From assembly GCA_964057225.1 (NCBI GenBank), contig OZ059899.1:4340001-4404000 (forward strand): a stretch of 64,000 bases of DNA, written 5' to 3'. The stretch is from Auanema rhodensis (taxonomy: Eukaryota; Animalia; Nematoda). Under the pieces are notes generated by a model. That model was not told the origin of the DNA. It did no database searches and was given only the letters and a program-made list of their open reading frames with translations. Positions within the stretch are counted from its first letter, which is position 1; each line of letters starts with the position of its first letter. This document shows positions 1-12,186 of this stretch, piece after piece. Made by a program: the position numbers and the translations under genes.

Positions 1-167
1 TCTCGCATGCAAAGCGAGCGCTCTACCCCTGAGCTATATCCCCACATTCGACAGAGTTAATGACTGTGAGTTTGTTCAAACTTGAAGAACCTCTTGATCA
101 AAAATTTTAGTTGTGAATATTAATTTTCTAATCTAATTTTTTTTTCAATCATTTTGTAAATCTCCTG

Positions 168-212
168 AAAAAAAATATATAAAAGTAAAGAACTTGAAGA
201 ATAAAACCAAAA
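168..212 (-). terminator. RNA polymerase III oligo-T terminators (representative; present in every unit)
   Basis: On the minus strand T4 begins 8 nt after the tRNA 3' end (209-212), followed by further T4 runs and a T8 run (168-175). Confidence 0.8.
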
Positions 213-219
213 CTACTGT

Positions 220-291
220 TGGAGATATGGGGAATCGAACCCCAGACTTCTCGCATGCAAAGCGAGCGCTCTACCCCTGAGCTATATCCCC
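220..291 (-). tRNA. tRNA-Ala(TGC), representative copy of the array unit
   Basis: Minus strand reads GGGGATA TA GCTC AGGGGTA GAGC G CTCGC TT-TGC-AT GCGAG AAGTC TGGGG TTCGATT CCCCA TATCTCC A: complete cloverleaf, TGC anticodon, G3:U70 alanine identity pair, A discriminator, no encoded CCA, A- and B-box present. Confidence 0.98.
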
Positions 292-3200
292 ACATTCGAC
301 AGAGTTAATGACTGTGAGTTTGTTCAAACTTGAAGAACCTCTTGATCAAAAATTTTAGTTGTGAATATTAATTTTCTAATCTAATTTTTCTTTCAATCAT
401 TTTGTAAATTTCCTGAAAAAAAAAATATAAAAGTAAAGAACTTGAAGAATAAAACCAAAACTACTGTTGGAGATATGGGGAATCGAACCCCAGACTTCTC
501 GCATGCAAAGCGAGCGCTCTACCCCTGAGCTATATCCCCACATTCGACAGAATATATGACTGTGAGTTTGTTCAAACTTGAAGAACCTCTTGATCAAAAA
601 TTTTGGTTGTGAATATTAATTTCCTATTCTAATTTTTCTTACAATCATTTTGTAAATCTCCTGAAAAAAAATATAGAAAAGTAAAGAACTTGAAGAATAA
701 AACCAAAATTACTGTTGGAGATATGGGGAATCGAACTCCAGACTTCTCGCATGCAAAGCGAGCGCTCTACCCCTGAGCTATATCCCCACATTCGACAGAG
801 TTAATGACTGTGAGTTTGTTCAAACTTGAAGAACCTCTTGATCAAAAATTTTAGTTGTGAATATTAATTTTCTAATCTAATTTTTCTTTCAATCATTTTG
901 TAAATTTCCTGAAAAAAAATATAAAAGTAAAGAACTTGAAGAATAAAACCAAAACTACTGTTGGAGATATGGGGAATCGAACCCCAGACTTCTCGCATGC
1001 AAAGCGAGCGCTCTACCCCTGAGCTATATCCCCACATTCGACAGAATATATGACTGTGAGTTTGTTCAAACTTGAAGAACCTCTTGATCAAAAATTTTGG
1101 TTGTGAATATTAATTTCCTATTCTAATTTTTCTTACAATCATTTTGTAAATCTCCTGAAAAAAAATATAGAAAAGTAAAGAACTTGGAGAATAAAATCAA
1201 AATTACTGTTGGAGATATGGGGAATCGAACCCCAGACTTCTCGCATGCAAAGCGAGCGCTCTACCCCTGAGCTATATCCCCACATTCGACAAAGTCAATG
1301 ACTGTGAGTTTGTTCAAACTTGAAGAACCTCTTGATCAGAAATTTTAGTTGTGAATATTAATCTCCTAATCTAATTTTTCTTTCAATCATTTTGTAAATC
1401 TCCTGAAAAAAAATATAGAAAAGTTAAGAACTCGAAGAATAAAACCAAAATTACTGTTGGAGATATGGGGAATCGAACTCCAGACTTTTCGCATGCAAAG
1501 CGAGCGCTCTACCCCTGAGCTATATCCCCACATTCGACAAAGTCAATGACTGTGAGTTTGTTCAAACTTGAAGAACCTCTTGATCAGAAATGTTAGTTGT
1601 GAATATTAATTTCCTAATCTAATTTTTCTTTCAAACATTTTGTAAATCTCCTGAAAAAAAATATATAAAAGTAAAGAACTTGAAGAATAAAACCAAAACT
1701 ACTGTTGGAGATATGGGGAATCGAACCCCAGACTTCTCGCATGCAAAGCGAGCGCTCTACCCCTGAGCTATATCCCCACATTCGACAGAGTTAATGACTG
1801 TGAGTTTGTTCAAACTTGAAAAACCTCTTGATCAAAAATTTTAGTTGTGAATATTAATTTTCTAATCTAATTTTTCTTTCAATCATCTTGTAAATTTCCT
1901 GAAAAAAAAAATATAAAAGTAAAGAACTTGAAGAATAAAACCAAAACTACTGTTGGAGATATGGGGAATCGAACCCCAGACTTCTCGCATGCAAAGCGAG
2001 CGCTCTACCCCTGAGCTATATCCCCACATTCGACAGAATATATGACCGTGAGTTTGTTCAAACTTGAAGAACCTCTTGATCAAAAATTTTAGTTGTGAAT
2101 ATTAATTTCCTAATCTAATTTTTCTTTCAATCATTTTGTAAATTTCCTGAAAAAAAATGTATAAAAGTAAAGAACTTGAAGAATAAAACCAAAACTACTG
2201 TTGGAGATATGGGGAATCGAACCCCAGACTTCTCGCATGCAAAGCGAGCGCTCTACCCCTGAGCTATATCCCCACATTCGACAGAATATATGACCGTGAG
2301 TTTGTTCAAACTTGAAGAACCTCTTAATCAAAAACTTTAGTTGTGAATATTAATCTTCTAATCTAATTTTTGTTTCAATCATTTTGTAAATCTCCTGAAA
2401 AAAAATATAGAAAAGTAAAGAACTTGAAGAATAAAACCAAAACTACTGTTGGAGATATGGGTAATCGAACCCCAGACTTCTCGCATGCAAAGCGAGCGCT
2501 CTACCCCTGAGCTATATCCCCACATTTGACAGAGTTAATGACTGTGAGTTTGTTCGAACTTGAAGAACCTCTTGATCAAAAATTTTAGTTGTGAATATTA
2601 ATCTTCTAATCTAATTTTTGTTTCAATCATTTTGTAAATCTCCTGAAAAAAAATATAGAAAAGTAAAGAACTTGAAGAATAAAACCAAAACTACTGTTGG
2701 AGATATGGGGAATCGAACCCCAGATTTCTCGCATGCAAAGCGAGCGCTCTACCCCTGAGCTATATCCCCACATTCGACAGAATATATGACCGTGAGTTTG
2801 TTCAAACTTGAAGAACCTCTTAATCAAAACTTCTAGTTGTGAATATTAATCTTCTAATCTAATTTTTGTTTCAATCATTTTGTAAATCTCCTGAAAAAAA
2901 ATATAGAAAAGTAAAGAACTTGAAGAATAAAACCAAAACTACTTTTGGAGATATGGGTAATCGAACCCCAGACTTCTCGCATGCAAAGCGAGCGCTCTAC
3001 CCCTGAGCTATATCCCCACATTCGACAGAGTTAATGACTGTGAGTTTGTTCGAACTTGAAGAACCTCTTGATCAAAAATTTTAGTTGTGAATATTAATCT
3101 CCTAATCTAATTTTTCTTTCAATCATTTTGTAAATTTCCTGAAAAAAAATATAGAAAAGTAAAGAACTTGAAGAATTAAACCAAAACTACTGTTGGAGAT

Positions 3201-5176
3201 ATGGGGAATCGAACCCCAGACTTCTCGCATGCAAAGCGAGCGCTCTACCCCTGAGCTATATCCCCACATTTGACAGAATATATGACTGTGAGTTTGTTCA
3301 AACTTGAAAAACCTCTTGAACAAAAATTTTAGTTGTGAATATTAATCTCCTAATCTAATTTTTGTTTCAATCATTTTGTAAATCTCCTGAAAAAAAATAT
3401 AGAAAAGTAAAGAACTTGAAGAATAAAACCAAAACTACTGTTGGAGATATGGGTAATCGAACCCCAGACTTCTCGCATGCAAAGCGAGCGCTCTACCCCT
3501 GAGCTATATCCCCACATTCGACAGAGTTAAAGACTGTGAGTTTGTTCAAACTTGAAGAACCTCTTGATCAAAAATTTTAGTTGTGAATATTAATTTCCTA
3601 ATCTAATTTTTCTTTCAATCATTTTGTAAATCTCCTGAAAAAAAAAATATAAAAGTAGAGAACTTGAAGAATAAAACCAAAACTACTGTTGGAGATATGG
3701 GGAATCGAACCCCAGACTTCTCGCATGCAAAGCGAGCGCTCTACCCCTGAGCTATATCCCCACATTCGACAGAATATATGACCGTGAGTTTGTTCAAACT
3801 TGCAGAACCTCTTAATCAAAAACTTTAGTTGTGAATATTAATCTTCTAATCTAATTTTTGTTTCAATCATTTTGTAAATCTCCTGAAAAAAAATATAGAA
3901 AAGTAAAGAACTTGAAGAATAAAACCAAAACTACTGTTGGAGATATGGGGAATCGAACCCCAGATTTCTCGCATGCAAAACGAGCGCTCTGCCCCTGAGC
4001 TATATCCCCACATTCGACAGAATATATGACTGTGAGTTTGTTCAAACTTGAAAAACCTCTTGAACAAAAATTTTAGTTGTGAATATTAATCTCCTAATCT
4101 AATTTTTGTTTCAATCATTTTGTAAATCTCCTGAAAAAAAATATAGAAAAGTAAAGAACTTGAAGAATAAAACCAAAACTACTGTTGGAGATATGGGTAA
4201 TCGAACCCCAGACTTCTCGCATGCAAAGCGAGCGCTCTACCCCTGAGCTATATCCCCACATTCGACAGAGTTAAAGACTGTGAGTTTGTTCAAACTTGAA
4301 GAACCTCTTGATAAAAAATTTTAGTTGTGAATATTAATTTCCTAATCTAATTTTTCTTTCAATCATTTTGTAAATCTCCTGAAAAAAAAATATAAAAGTA
4401 AAGAACTTGAAGAATAAAACCAAAACTACTGTTGGAGATATGGGGAATCGAACCCCAGACTTCTCGCATGCAAAGCGAGCGCTCTACCCCTGAGCTATAT
4501 CCCCACATTCGACAGAATATATGACCGTGAGTTTGTTCAAACTTGCAGAACCTCTTAATCAAAAACTTTAGGTGTGAATATTAATCTTCTAATCTAATTT
4601 TTGTTTCAATCATTTTGTAAATCTCCTGAAAAAAAATATAGAAAAGTAAAGAACTTGAAGAATAAAACCAAAACTACTGTTGGAGATATGGGTAATCGAA
4701 CCCCAGACTTCTCGCATGCAAAGCGAGCGCTCTACCCCTGATCTATATCCCCACATTTGACAGAATATATGACTGTGAGTTTGTTCAAACTTGAAGAACC
4801 TCTTGATCAGAAATTTTAGTTGTGAATATTTATTTCCTAATCTAATTTTTCTTTCAATCATTTTGTAAATCTCCTGAAAAAAAATATATAAAAGTAAAGA
4901 ACTTGAAGAATAAAACCAAAACTACTGTTGGAGATATGGGGAATCGAACCCCAGATTTCTCGCATGCAAAGCGAGCGCTCTGCCCCTGAGCTATATCCCC
5001 ACATTCGACAGAATATATGACTGTGAGTTTGTTCAAACTTGAAGAACCTCTTGATCGAAAATTTTAGTTGTGAATATTAATCTCCTAATCTAATTATTGT
5101 TTTAATCATTTTGTAAATCTCCTGAAAAAAAAAATATAAAAGTAAAGAACTTGAAGAATAAAACCAAAACTACTGT

Positions 5177-5248
5177 TGGAGATATGGGGAATCGAACCCC
5201 AGACTTCTCGCATGCGAAGCGAGCGCTCTACCCCTGAGCTATATCCCC
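5177..5248 (-). tRNA. tRNA-Ala(CGC): anticodon-variant copy
   Basis: Plus strand reads catgcgaagc instead of catgcaaagc (A>G at 5216), giving anticodon CGC; the rest of the gene matches consensus. Confidence 0.85.
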
Positions 5249-8200
5249 ACATTCGACAGAATATATGACCGTCAGTTTGTTCAAACTTGAAGAACCTCTT
5301 AATCAAAAACTTTAGTTGTGAATATTAATCTTCTAATCTAATTTTTGTTTCAATCATTTTGTAAATCTCCTGAAAAAAAAATATAAAAGTAAAGAACTTG
5401 AAGAATAAAACCAAAACTACTGTTGGAGATATGGGGAATCGAACCCCAGACTTCTCGCATGCAAAGCGAGCGCTCTACCCCTGAGCTATATCCCCACATT
5501 CGACAGAATATATGACCGTGAGTTTGTTCAAACTTGCAGAACCTCTTAATCAAAAACTTTAGGTGTGAATATTAATCTTCTAATCTAATTTTTGTTTCAA
5601 TCATTTTGTAAATCTCCTGAAAAAAAATATAGAAAAGTTAAGAACTTGAAGAATAAAACCAAAACTACTGTTGGAGATATGGGTAATCGAACCCCAGACT
5701 TCTCGCATGCAAAGCGAGCGCTCTACCCCTGATCTATATCCCCACATTTGACAGAATATATGACTGTGAGTTTGTTCAAACTTGAAGAACCTCTTGATCA
5801 GAAATTTTAGTTGTGAATATTTATTTCCTAATCTAATTTTTCTTTCAATCATTTTGTAAATCTCCTGAAAAAAAATATATAAAAGTAAAGAACTTGAAGA
5901 ATAAAACCAAAACTACTGTTGGAGATATGGGGAATCGAACCCCAGATTTCTCGCATGCAAAGCGAGCGCTCTGCCCCTGAGCTATATCCCCACATTCCAC
6001 AGAATATATGACTGTGAGTTTGTTCAAACTTGAAGAACCTCTTGATCGAAAATTTTAGTTGTGAATATTAATCTCCTAATCTAATTTTTGTTTTAATCAT
6101 TTTGTAAATCTCCTGAAAAAAAAAATATAAAAGTAAAGAACTTAAAGAATAAAACCAAAACTTCTGTTGGAGATATGGGGAATCGAACCCCAGACTTCTC
6201 GCATGCAAAGCGAGCGCTCTACCCCTGAGCTATATCCCCACATTCGACAGAATATATGACCGTGAGTTTGTTCAAACTTGAAGAACCTCTTAATCAAAAA
6301 CTTTAGTTGTGAATATTAATCTTCTAATCTAATTTTTGTTTCAATCATTTTGTAAATCTCCTGAAAAAAAATATAGAAAAGTAAAGAACTTGAAGAATAA
6401 AACCAAAACTACTGTTGGAGATATGGGTAATCGAACCCCAGACTTCTCGCATGCAAAGCGAGCGCTCTACCCCTGATCTATATCCCCACATTTGACAGAA
6501 TATATGACTGTGAGTTTGTTCAAACTTGAAGAACCTCTTGAACAAAAATTTTAGTTGTGAATATTAATCTCCTAATCTAATTTTTGTTTCAATCATTTTG
6601 TAAATCTCCTGAAAAAAAATATAGAAAAGTTAAGAACTCGAAGAATAAAACCAAAATTACTGTTGGAGATATGGGGAATCGAACTCCAGACTTCTCGCAT
6701 GCAAAGCGAGCGCTCTACCCCTGAGCTATATCCCCACATTCGACAGAGTTAATGACTGTGAGTTTGTTCAAACTTGAAGAACCTCTTGATCAAAAATTTT
6801 AGTTGTGAATATTAATTTTCTAATCTAATTTTTTTTTCAATCATTTTGTAAATCTCCTGAAAAAAAATATATAAAAGTAAAGAACTTGAAGAATAAAACC
6901 AAAACTACTGTTGGAGATATGGGGAATCGAACCCCAGACTTCTCGCATGCAAAGCGAGCGCTCTACCCCTGAGCTATATCCCCACATTCGACAGAATATA
7001 TGACTGTGAGTTTGTTCAAACTTGAAGAACCTCTTGATCAAAAATTTTGGTTGTGAATATTAATTTCCTATTCTAATTTTTCTTACAATCATTTTGTAAA
7101 TCTCCTGAAAAAAAATATAGAAAAGTAAAGAACTTGAAGAATAAAATCAAAACTACTGTTGGAGATATGAGGAATCGAACCCCAGACTTCTCGCATGCAA
7201 AGCGAGCGCTCTACCCCTGAGCTATATCCACACATTCGACAAAATATATGACTGTGAGTTTGTTCAAACTTGAAGAACATCTTGATCAAAAATTTTAGTT
7301 GTAAATATTAATCTCCTAATCTAATTTTTGTTTCAATCTTTTTGTAAATCTCTTGAAAAAAAATATAGAAAAGTTAAGAACTCGAAGAATAAAACCAAAA
7401 CTACTGTTGGAGATATGGGGAATCGAACCCCAGACTTCTCGCATGCAAAGCGAGCGCTCTACCCCTGAGCTATATCCACACATTCGACAAAATATATGAC
7501 TGTGAGTTTGTTCAAACTTGAAGAACCTCTTGATCAAAAATTTTAGTTGTGAATATTAATTTCCTAATCTAATTTTTCTTTCAATCATTTTGTAAATTTC
7601 CTGAAAAAAAATGTATAAAAGTAAAGAACTTGAAGAATAAAACCAAAACTACTGTTGGAGATATGGGGAATCGAACCCCAGACTTCTCGCATGCAAAGCG
7701 AGCGCTCTACCCCTGAGCTATATCCCCACATTCGACAGAATATATGACCGTGAGTTTGTTCAAACTTGAAGAACCTCTTAATCAAAAACTTTAGTTGTGA
7801 ATATTAATCTTCTAATCTAATTTTTGTTTCAATCATTTTGTAAATCTCCTGAAAAAAAATATAGAAAAGTAAAGAACTTGAAGAATAAAACCAAAACTAC
7901 TGTTGGAGATATGGGTAATCGAACCCCAGACTTCTCGCATGCAAAGCGAGCGCTCTACCCCTGATCTATATCCCCACATTTGACAGAATATATTACTGTG
8001 AGTTTGTTCAAACTTGAAGAACCTCTTGAACAAAAATTTTAGTTGTGAATATTAATCTCCTAATCTAATTTTTGTTTCAATCATTTTGTAAATCTCCTGA
8101 AAAAAAATATAGAAAAGTTAAGAACTCGAAGAATAAAACCAAAATTACTGTTGGAGATATGGGGAATCGAACCCCAGACTTCTCGCATGCAAAGCGAGCG

Positions 8201-11200
8201 CTCTACCCCTGAGCTATATCCCCACATTCGACAGAGTTAATGACTGTGAGTTTGTTCAAACTTGAAGAACCTCTTGATCAAAAATTTTAGTTGTGAATAT
8301 TAATTTCCTAATCTAATTTTTCTTTCAATCATTTTGTAAATCTCCTGAAAAAAAATATAGAAAAGTTAAGAACTCGAAGAATAAAACCAAAATTACTGTT
8401 GGAGATATGGGGAATCGAACTCCAGACTTCTCGCATGCAAAGCGAGCGCTCTACCCCTGAGCTATATCCCCACATTCGACAGAGTTAATGACTGTGAGTT
8501 TGTTCAAACTTGAAGAACCTCTTGATCAAAAACTTTAGTTGTGAATATTAATCTTCTAATCTAATTTTTGTTTCAATCATTTTGTAAATCTCCTGAAAAA
8601 AAATATAGAAAAGTAAAGAACTTGAAGAATAAAACCAAAACTACTGTTGGAGATATGGGTAATCGAACCCCAGACTTCTCGCATGCAAAGCGAGCGCTCT
8701 ACCCCTGAGCTATATCCCCACATTCGACAGAGTTAATGACTGTGAGTTTGTTCGAACTTGAAGAACCTCTTGATCAAAAATTTTAGTTGTGAATATTAAT
8801 CTTCTAATCTAATTTTTGTTTCAATCATTTTGTAAATCTCCTGAAAAAAAATATAGAAAAGTAAAGAACTTGACGAATAAAACCAAAACTACTGTTGGAG
8901 ATATGGGGAATCGAACCCCAGACTTCTCGCATGCAAAGCGAGCGCTCTACCCCTGAGCTATATCCCCACATTCGACAGAGTATATGACCGTGAGTTTGTT
9001 CAAACTTGAAGAACATCTTGATCAAAAATTTTAGTTGTAAATATTAATCTCCTAATCTAATTTTTGTTTCAATCTTTTTGTAAATCTCTTGAAAAAAAAT
9101 ATAGAAAAGTTAAGAACTCGAAGAATAAAACCAAAACTACTGTTGGAGATATGGGGAATCGAACCCCAGACTTCTCGCATGCAAAGCGAGCGCTCTACCC
9201 CTGAGCTATATCCACACATTCGACAGAATATATGACCGTGAGTTTGTTCAAACTTGAAGAACCTCTTAATCAAAAACTTTAGTTGTGAATATTAATCTTC
9301 TAATCTAATTTTTGTTTCAATCATTTTGTAAATCTCCTGAAAAAAATATAGAAAAGTAAAGAACTTGAAGAATAAAACCAAAACTACTGTTGGAGATATG
9401 GGTAATCGAACCCCAGACTTCTCGCATGCAAAGCGAGCGCTCTACCCCTGATCTATATCCCCACATTTGACAGAATATATGACTGTGAGTTTGTTCAAAC
9501 TTGAAGAACCTCTTGAACAAAAATTTTAGTTGTGAATATTAATCTCCTAATCTAATTTTTGTTTCAATCATTTTGTAAATCTCCTGAAAAAAAATATAGA
9601 AAAGTTAAGAACTCGAAGAATAAAACCAAAATTACTGTTGGAGATATGGGGAATCGAACCCCAGACTTCTCGCATGCAAAGCGAGCGCTCTACCCCTGAG
9701 CTATATCCCCACATTCGACAGAGTTAATGACTGTGAGTTTGTTCAAACTTGAAGAACCTCTTGATCAAAAATTTTAGTTGTGAATATTAATTTCCTAATC
9801 TAATTTTTCTTTCAATCATTTTGTAAATCTCCTGAAAAAAAATATAGAAAAGTTAAGAACTCGAAGAATAAAACCAAAATTACTGTTGGAGATATGGGGA
9901 ATCGAACTCCAGACTTCTCGCATGCAAAGCGAGCGCTCTACCCCTGAGCTATATCCCCACATTCGACAGAGTTAATGACTGTGAGTTTGTTCAAACTTGA
10001 AGAACCTCTTGATCAAAAACTTTAGTTGTGAATATTAATCTTCTAATCTAATTTTTGTTTCAATCATTTTGTAAATCTCCTGAAAAAAAATATAGAAAAG
10101 TAAAGAACTTGAAGAATAAAACCAAAACTACTGTTGGAGATATGGGTAATCGAACCCCAGACTTCTCGCATGCAAAGCGAGCGCTCTACCCCTGAGCTAT
10201 ATCCCCACATTCGACAGAGTTAATGACTGTGAGTTTGTTCGAACTTGAAGAACCTCTTGATCAAAAATTTTAGTTGTGAATATTAATCTTCTAATCTAAT
10301 TTTTGTTTCAATCATTTTGTAAATCTCCTGAAAAAAAATATAGAAAAGTAAAGAACTTGACGAATAAAACCAAAACTACTGTTGGAGATATGGGGAATCG
10401 AACCCCAGACTTCTCGCATGCAAAGCGAGCGCTCTACCCCTGAGCTATATCCCCACATTCGACAGAGTATATGACCGTGAGTTTGTTCAAACTTGAAGAA
10501 CATCTTGATCAAAAATTTTAGTTGTAAATATTAATCTCCTAATCTAATTTTTGTTTCAATCTTTTTGTAAATCTCTTGAAAAAAAATATAGAAAAGTTAA
10601 GAACTCGAAGAATAAAACCAAAACTACTGTTGGAGATATGGGGAATCGAACCCCAGACTTCTCGCATGCAAAGCGAGCGCTCTACCCCTGAGCTATATCC
10701 ACACATTCGACAAAATATATGACTGTGAGTTTGTTCAAACTTGAAGAACCTCTTGATCAAAAATTTTAGTTGTGAATATTAATTTCCTAATCTAATTTTT
10801 CTTTCAATCATTTTGTAAATTTCCTGAAAAAAAATGTATAAAAGTAAAGAACTTGAAGAATAAAACCAAAACTACTGTTGGAGATATGGGGAATCGAACC
10901 CCAGACTTCTCGCATGCAAAGCGAGCGCTCTACCCCTGAGCTATATCCCCACATTCGACAGAATATATGACCGTGAGTTTGTTCAAACTTGAAGAACCTC
11001 TTAATCAAAAACTTTAGTTGTGAATATTAATCTTCTAATCTAATTTTTGTTTCAATCATTTTGTAAATCTCCTGAAAAAAAATATAGAAAAGTAAAGAAC
11101 TTGAAGAATAAAACCAAAACTACTGTTGGAGATATGGGTAATCGAACCCCAGACTTCTCGCATGCAAAGCGAGCGCTCTACCCCTGAGCTATATCCCCAC

Positions 11201-11503
11201 ATTCGACAGAGTTAATGACTGTGAGTTTGTTCGAACTTGAAGAACCTCTTGATCAAAAATTTTAGTTGTGAATATTAATCTTCTAATCTAATTTTTGTTT
11301 CAATCATTTTGTAAATCTCCTGAAAAAAAATATAGAAAAGTAAAGAACTTGACGAATAAAACCAAAACTACTGTTGGAGATATGGGGAATCGAACCCCAG
11401 ACTTCTCGCATGCAAAGCGAGCGCTCTACCCCTGAGCTATATCCCCACATTCGACAGAGTATATGACCGTGAGTTTGTTCAAACTTGAAGAACCTCTTAA
11501 TCA

Positions 11504-11558
11504 TATCGAATCTAGTGATATTGTAGAAAAATGTAATGTCAGCTCCATAGGTTTTCTC
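11504..11558. other. 55 bp of non-array, non-LTR DNA between the array and the BEL/Pao 5' LTR
   Basis: Array match ends at ...cctcttaatca (11503); the LTR begins tgtcgcgata at 11559; the intervening sequence matches neither. Confidence 0.85.
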
Positions 11559-11898
11559 TGTCGCGATAAGCGAGTGAGTTTGTATAATTTTTTATCTTCA
11601 ACAATTGTTTTATTTGTTTCTCCTGTTCTCTCTCTCTCTCTCTCTTCTTTCTTCTTTCTTCTAACTTCCTGAGTGATTTTTATCCATACCACATGTTGTG
11701 TTATACATGTGGCATGACTAACTCTTTGTTTCAGGCTGACGACCGCCCACGAGAAGAGATCAGTCTTACATTTTCAACGTTCGCAGTCAGTGATTTTATT
11801 CCGTGCTTGTCTTGTTAATTCATCAATAAACCCTTTTCTACATATTCGCTTTGTGTTTTACTTCCAACCATACTATACACTTGTGGTATATCGCCACA
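11559..11898 (+). repeat. BEL/Pao 5' LTR (340 bp)
   Basis: Starts TGTCGCGATA, ends TATCGCCACA (9/10 inverted match); AATAAA near 11826; (TC)n tract; followed by the PBS; first ~140 bp repeated at 20981. Confidence 0.93.
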
Positions 11899-11901
11899 AA
11901 T

Positions 11902-11913
11902 TGGTGCATCGGC
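11902..11913 (+). promoter_or_regulatory. Primer-binding site, likely tRNA-Gly(GCC)
   Basis: TGGTGCATCGGC lies 3 nt after the LTR and is complementary to the recalled animal tRNA-Gly(GCC) 3' end ...GCCGATGCA-CCA. Confidence 0.8.
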
Positions 11914-12186
11914 TAGTTTAGATCTTAGCCGCTTTAAGTCCCGCGTGGCAGGTGAGATACAACTCGAACCAAGCGTGTTTGAGCAAAAAACATACTTAAT
12001 AAAAATCGTGGCGATCATAAGTCCACGTCAAGTCACACCAAACAGACTTGAACAATAAGCAAACTCTGAAATTAGAAACAGAGGTTTCAATTTCCTTACG
12101 TTCACATATACTGTGATCACCAAACAAACAAAGAAAAAAGAAAACAAAAAAGGAATATAAGCATTATTCCTACATCTACAACAAAA

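Larger units (their letters stand above)
1..11503 (-). repeat. Tandem tRNA-Ala(TGC) gene array, segment 1 (248-bp unit, ~46 complete genes plus one partial at 1-43)
   Basis: The same unit recurs every 247-248 bp; first complete tRNA at 220-291, last at 11375-11446; the array begins before the window. Confidence 0.97.

Noticed and set aside
11504-11558. 12-bp reverse-complement match (tacaatatcact) between the 55-bp filler and env near 19182
   Set aside because: Too short in AT-rich DNA to establish templating.
11446-11560. Position-specific targeting upstream of tRNA genes by the BEL/Pao elements (57 and 74 nt upstream)
   Set aside because: Every position in a 248-bp unit is near a tRNA, the two distances differ, and the first element lacks a TSD, so targeting cannot be inferred.
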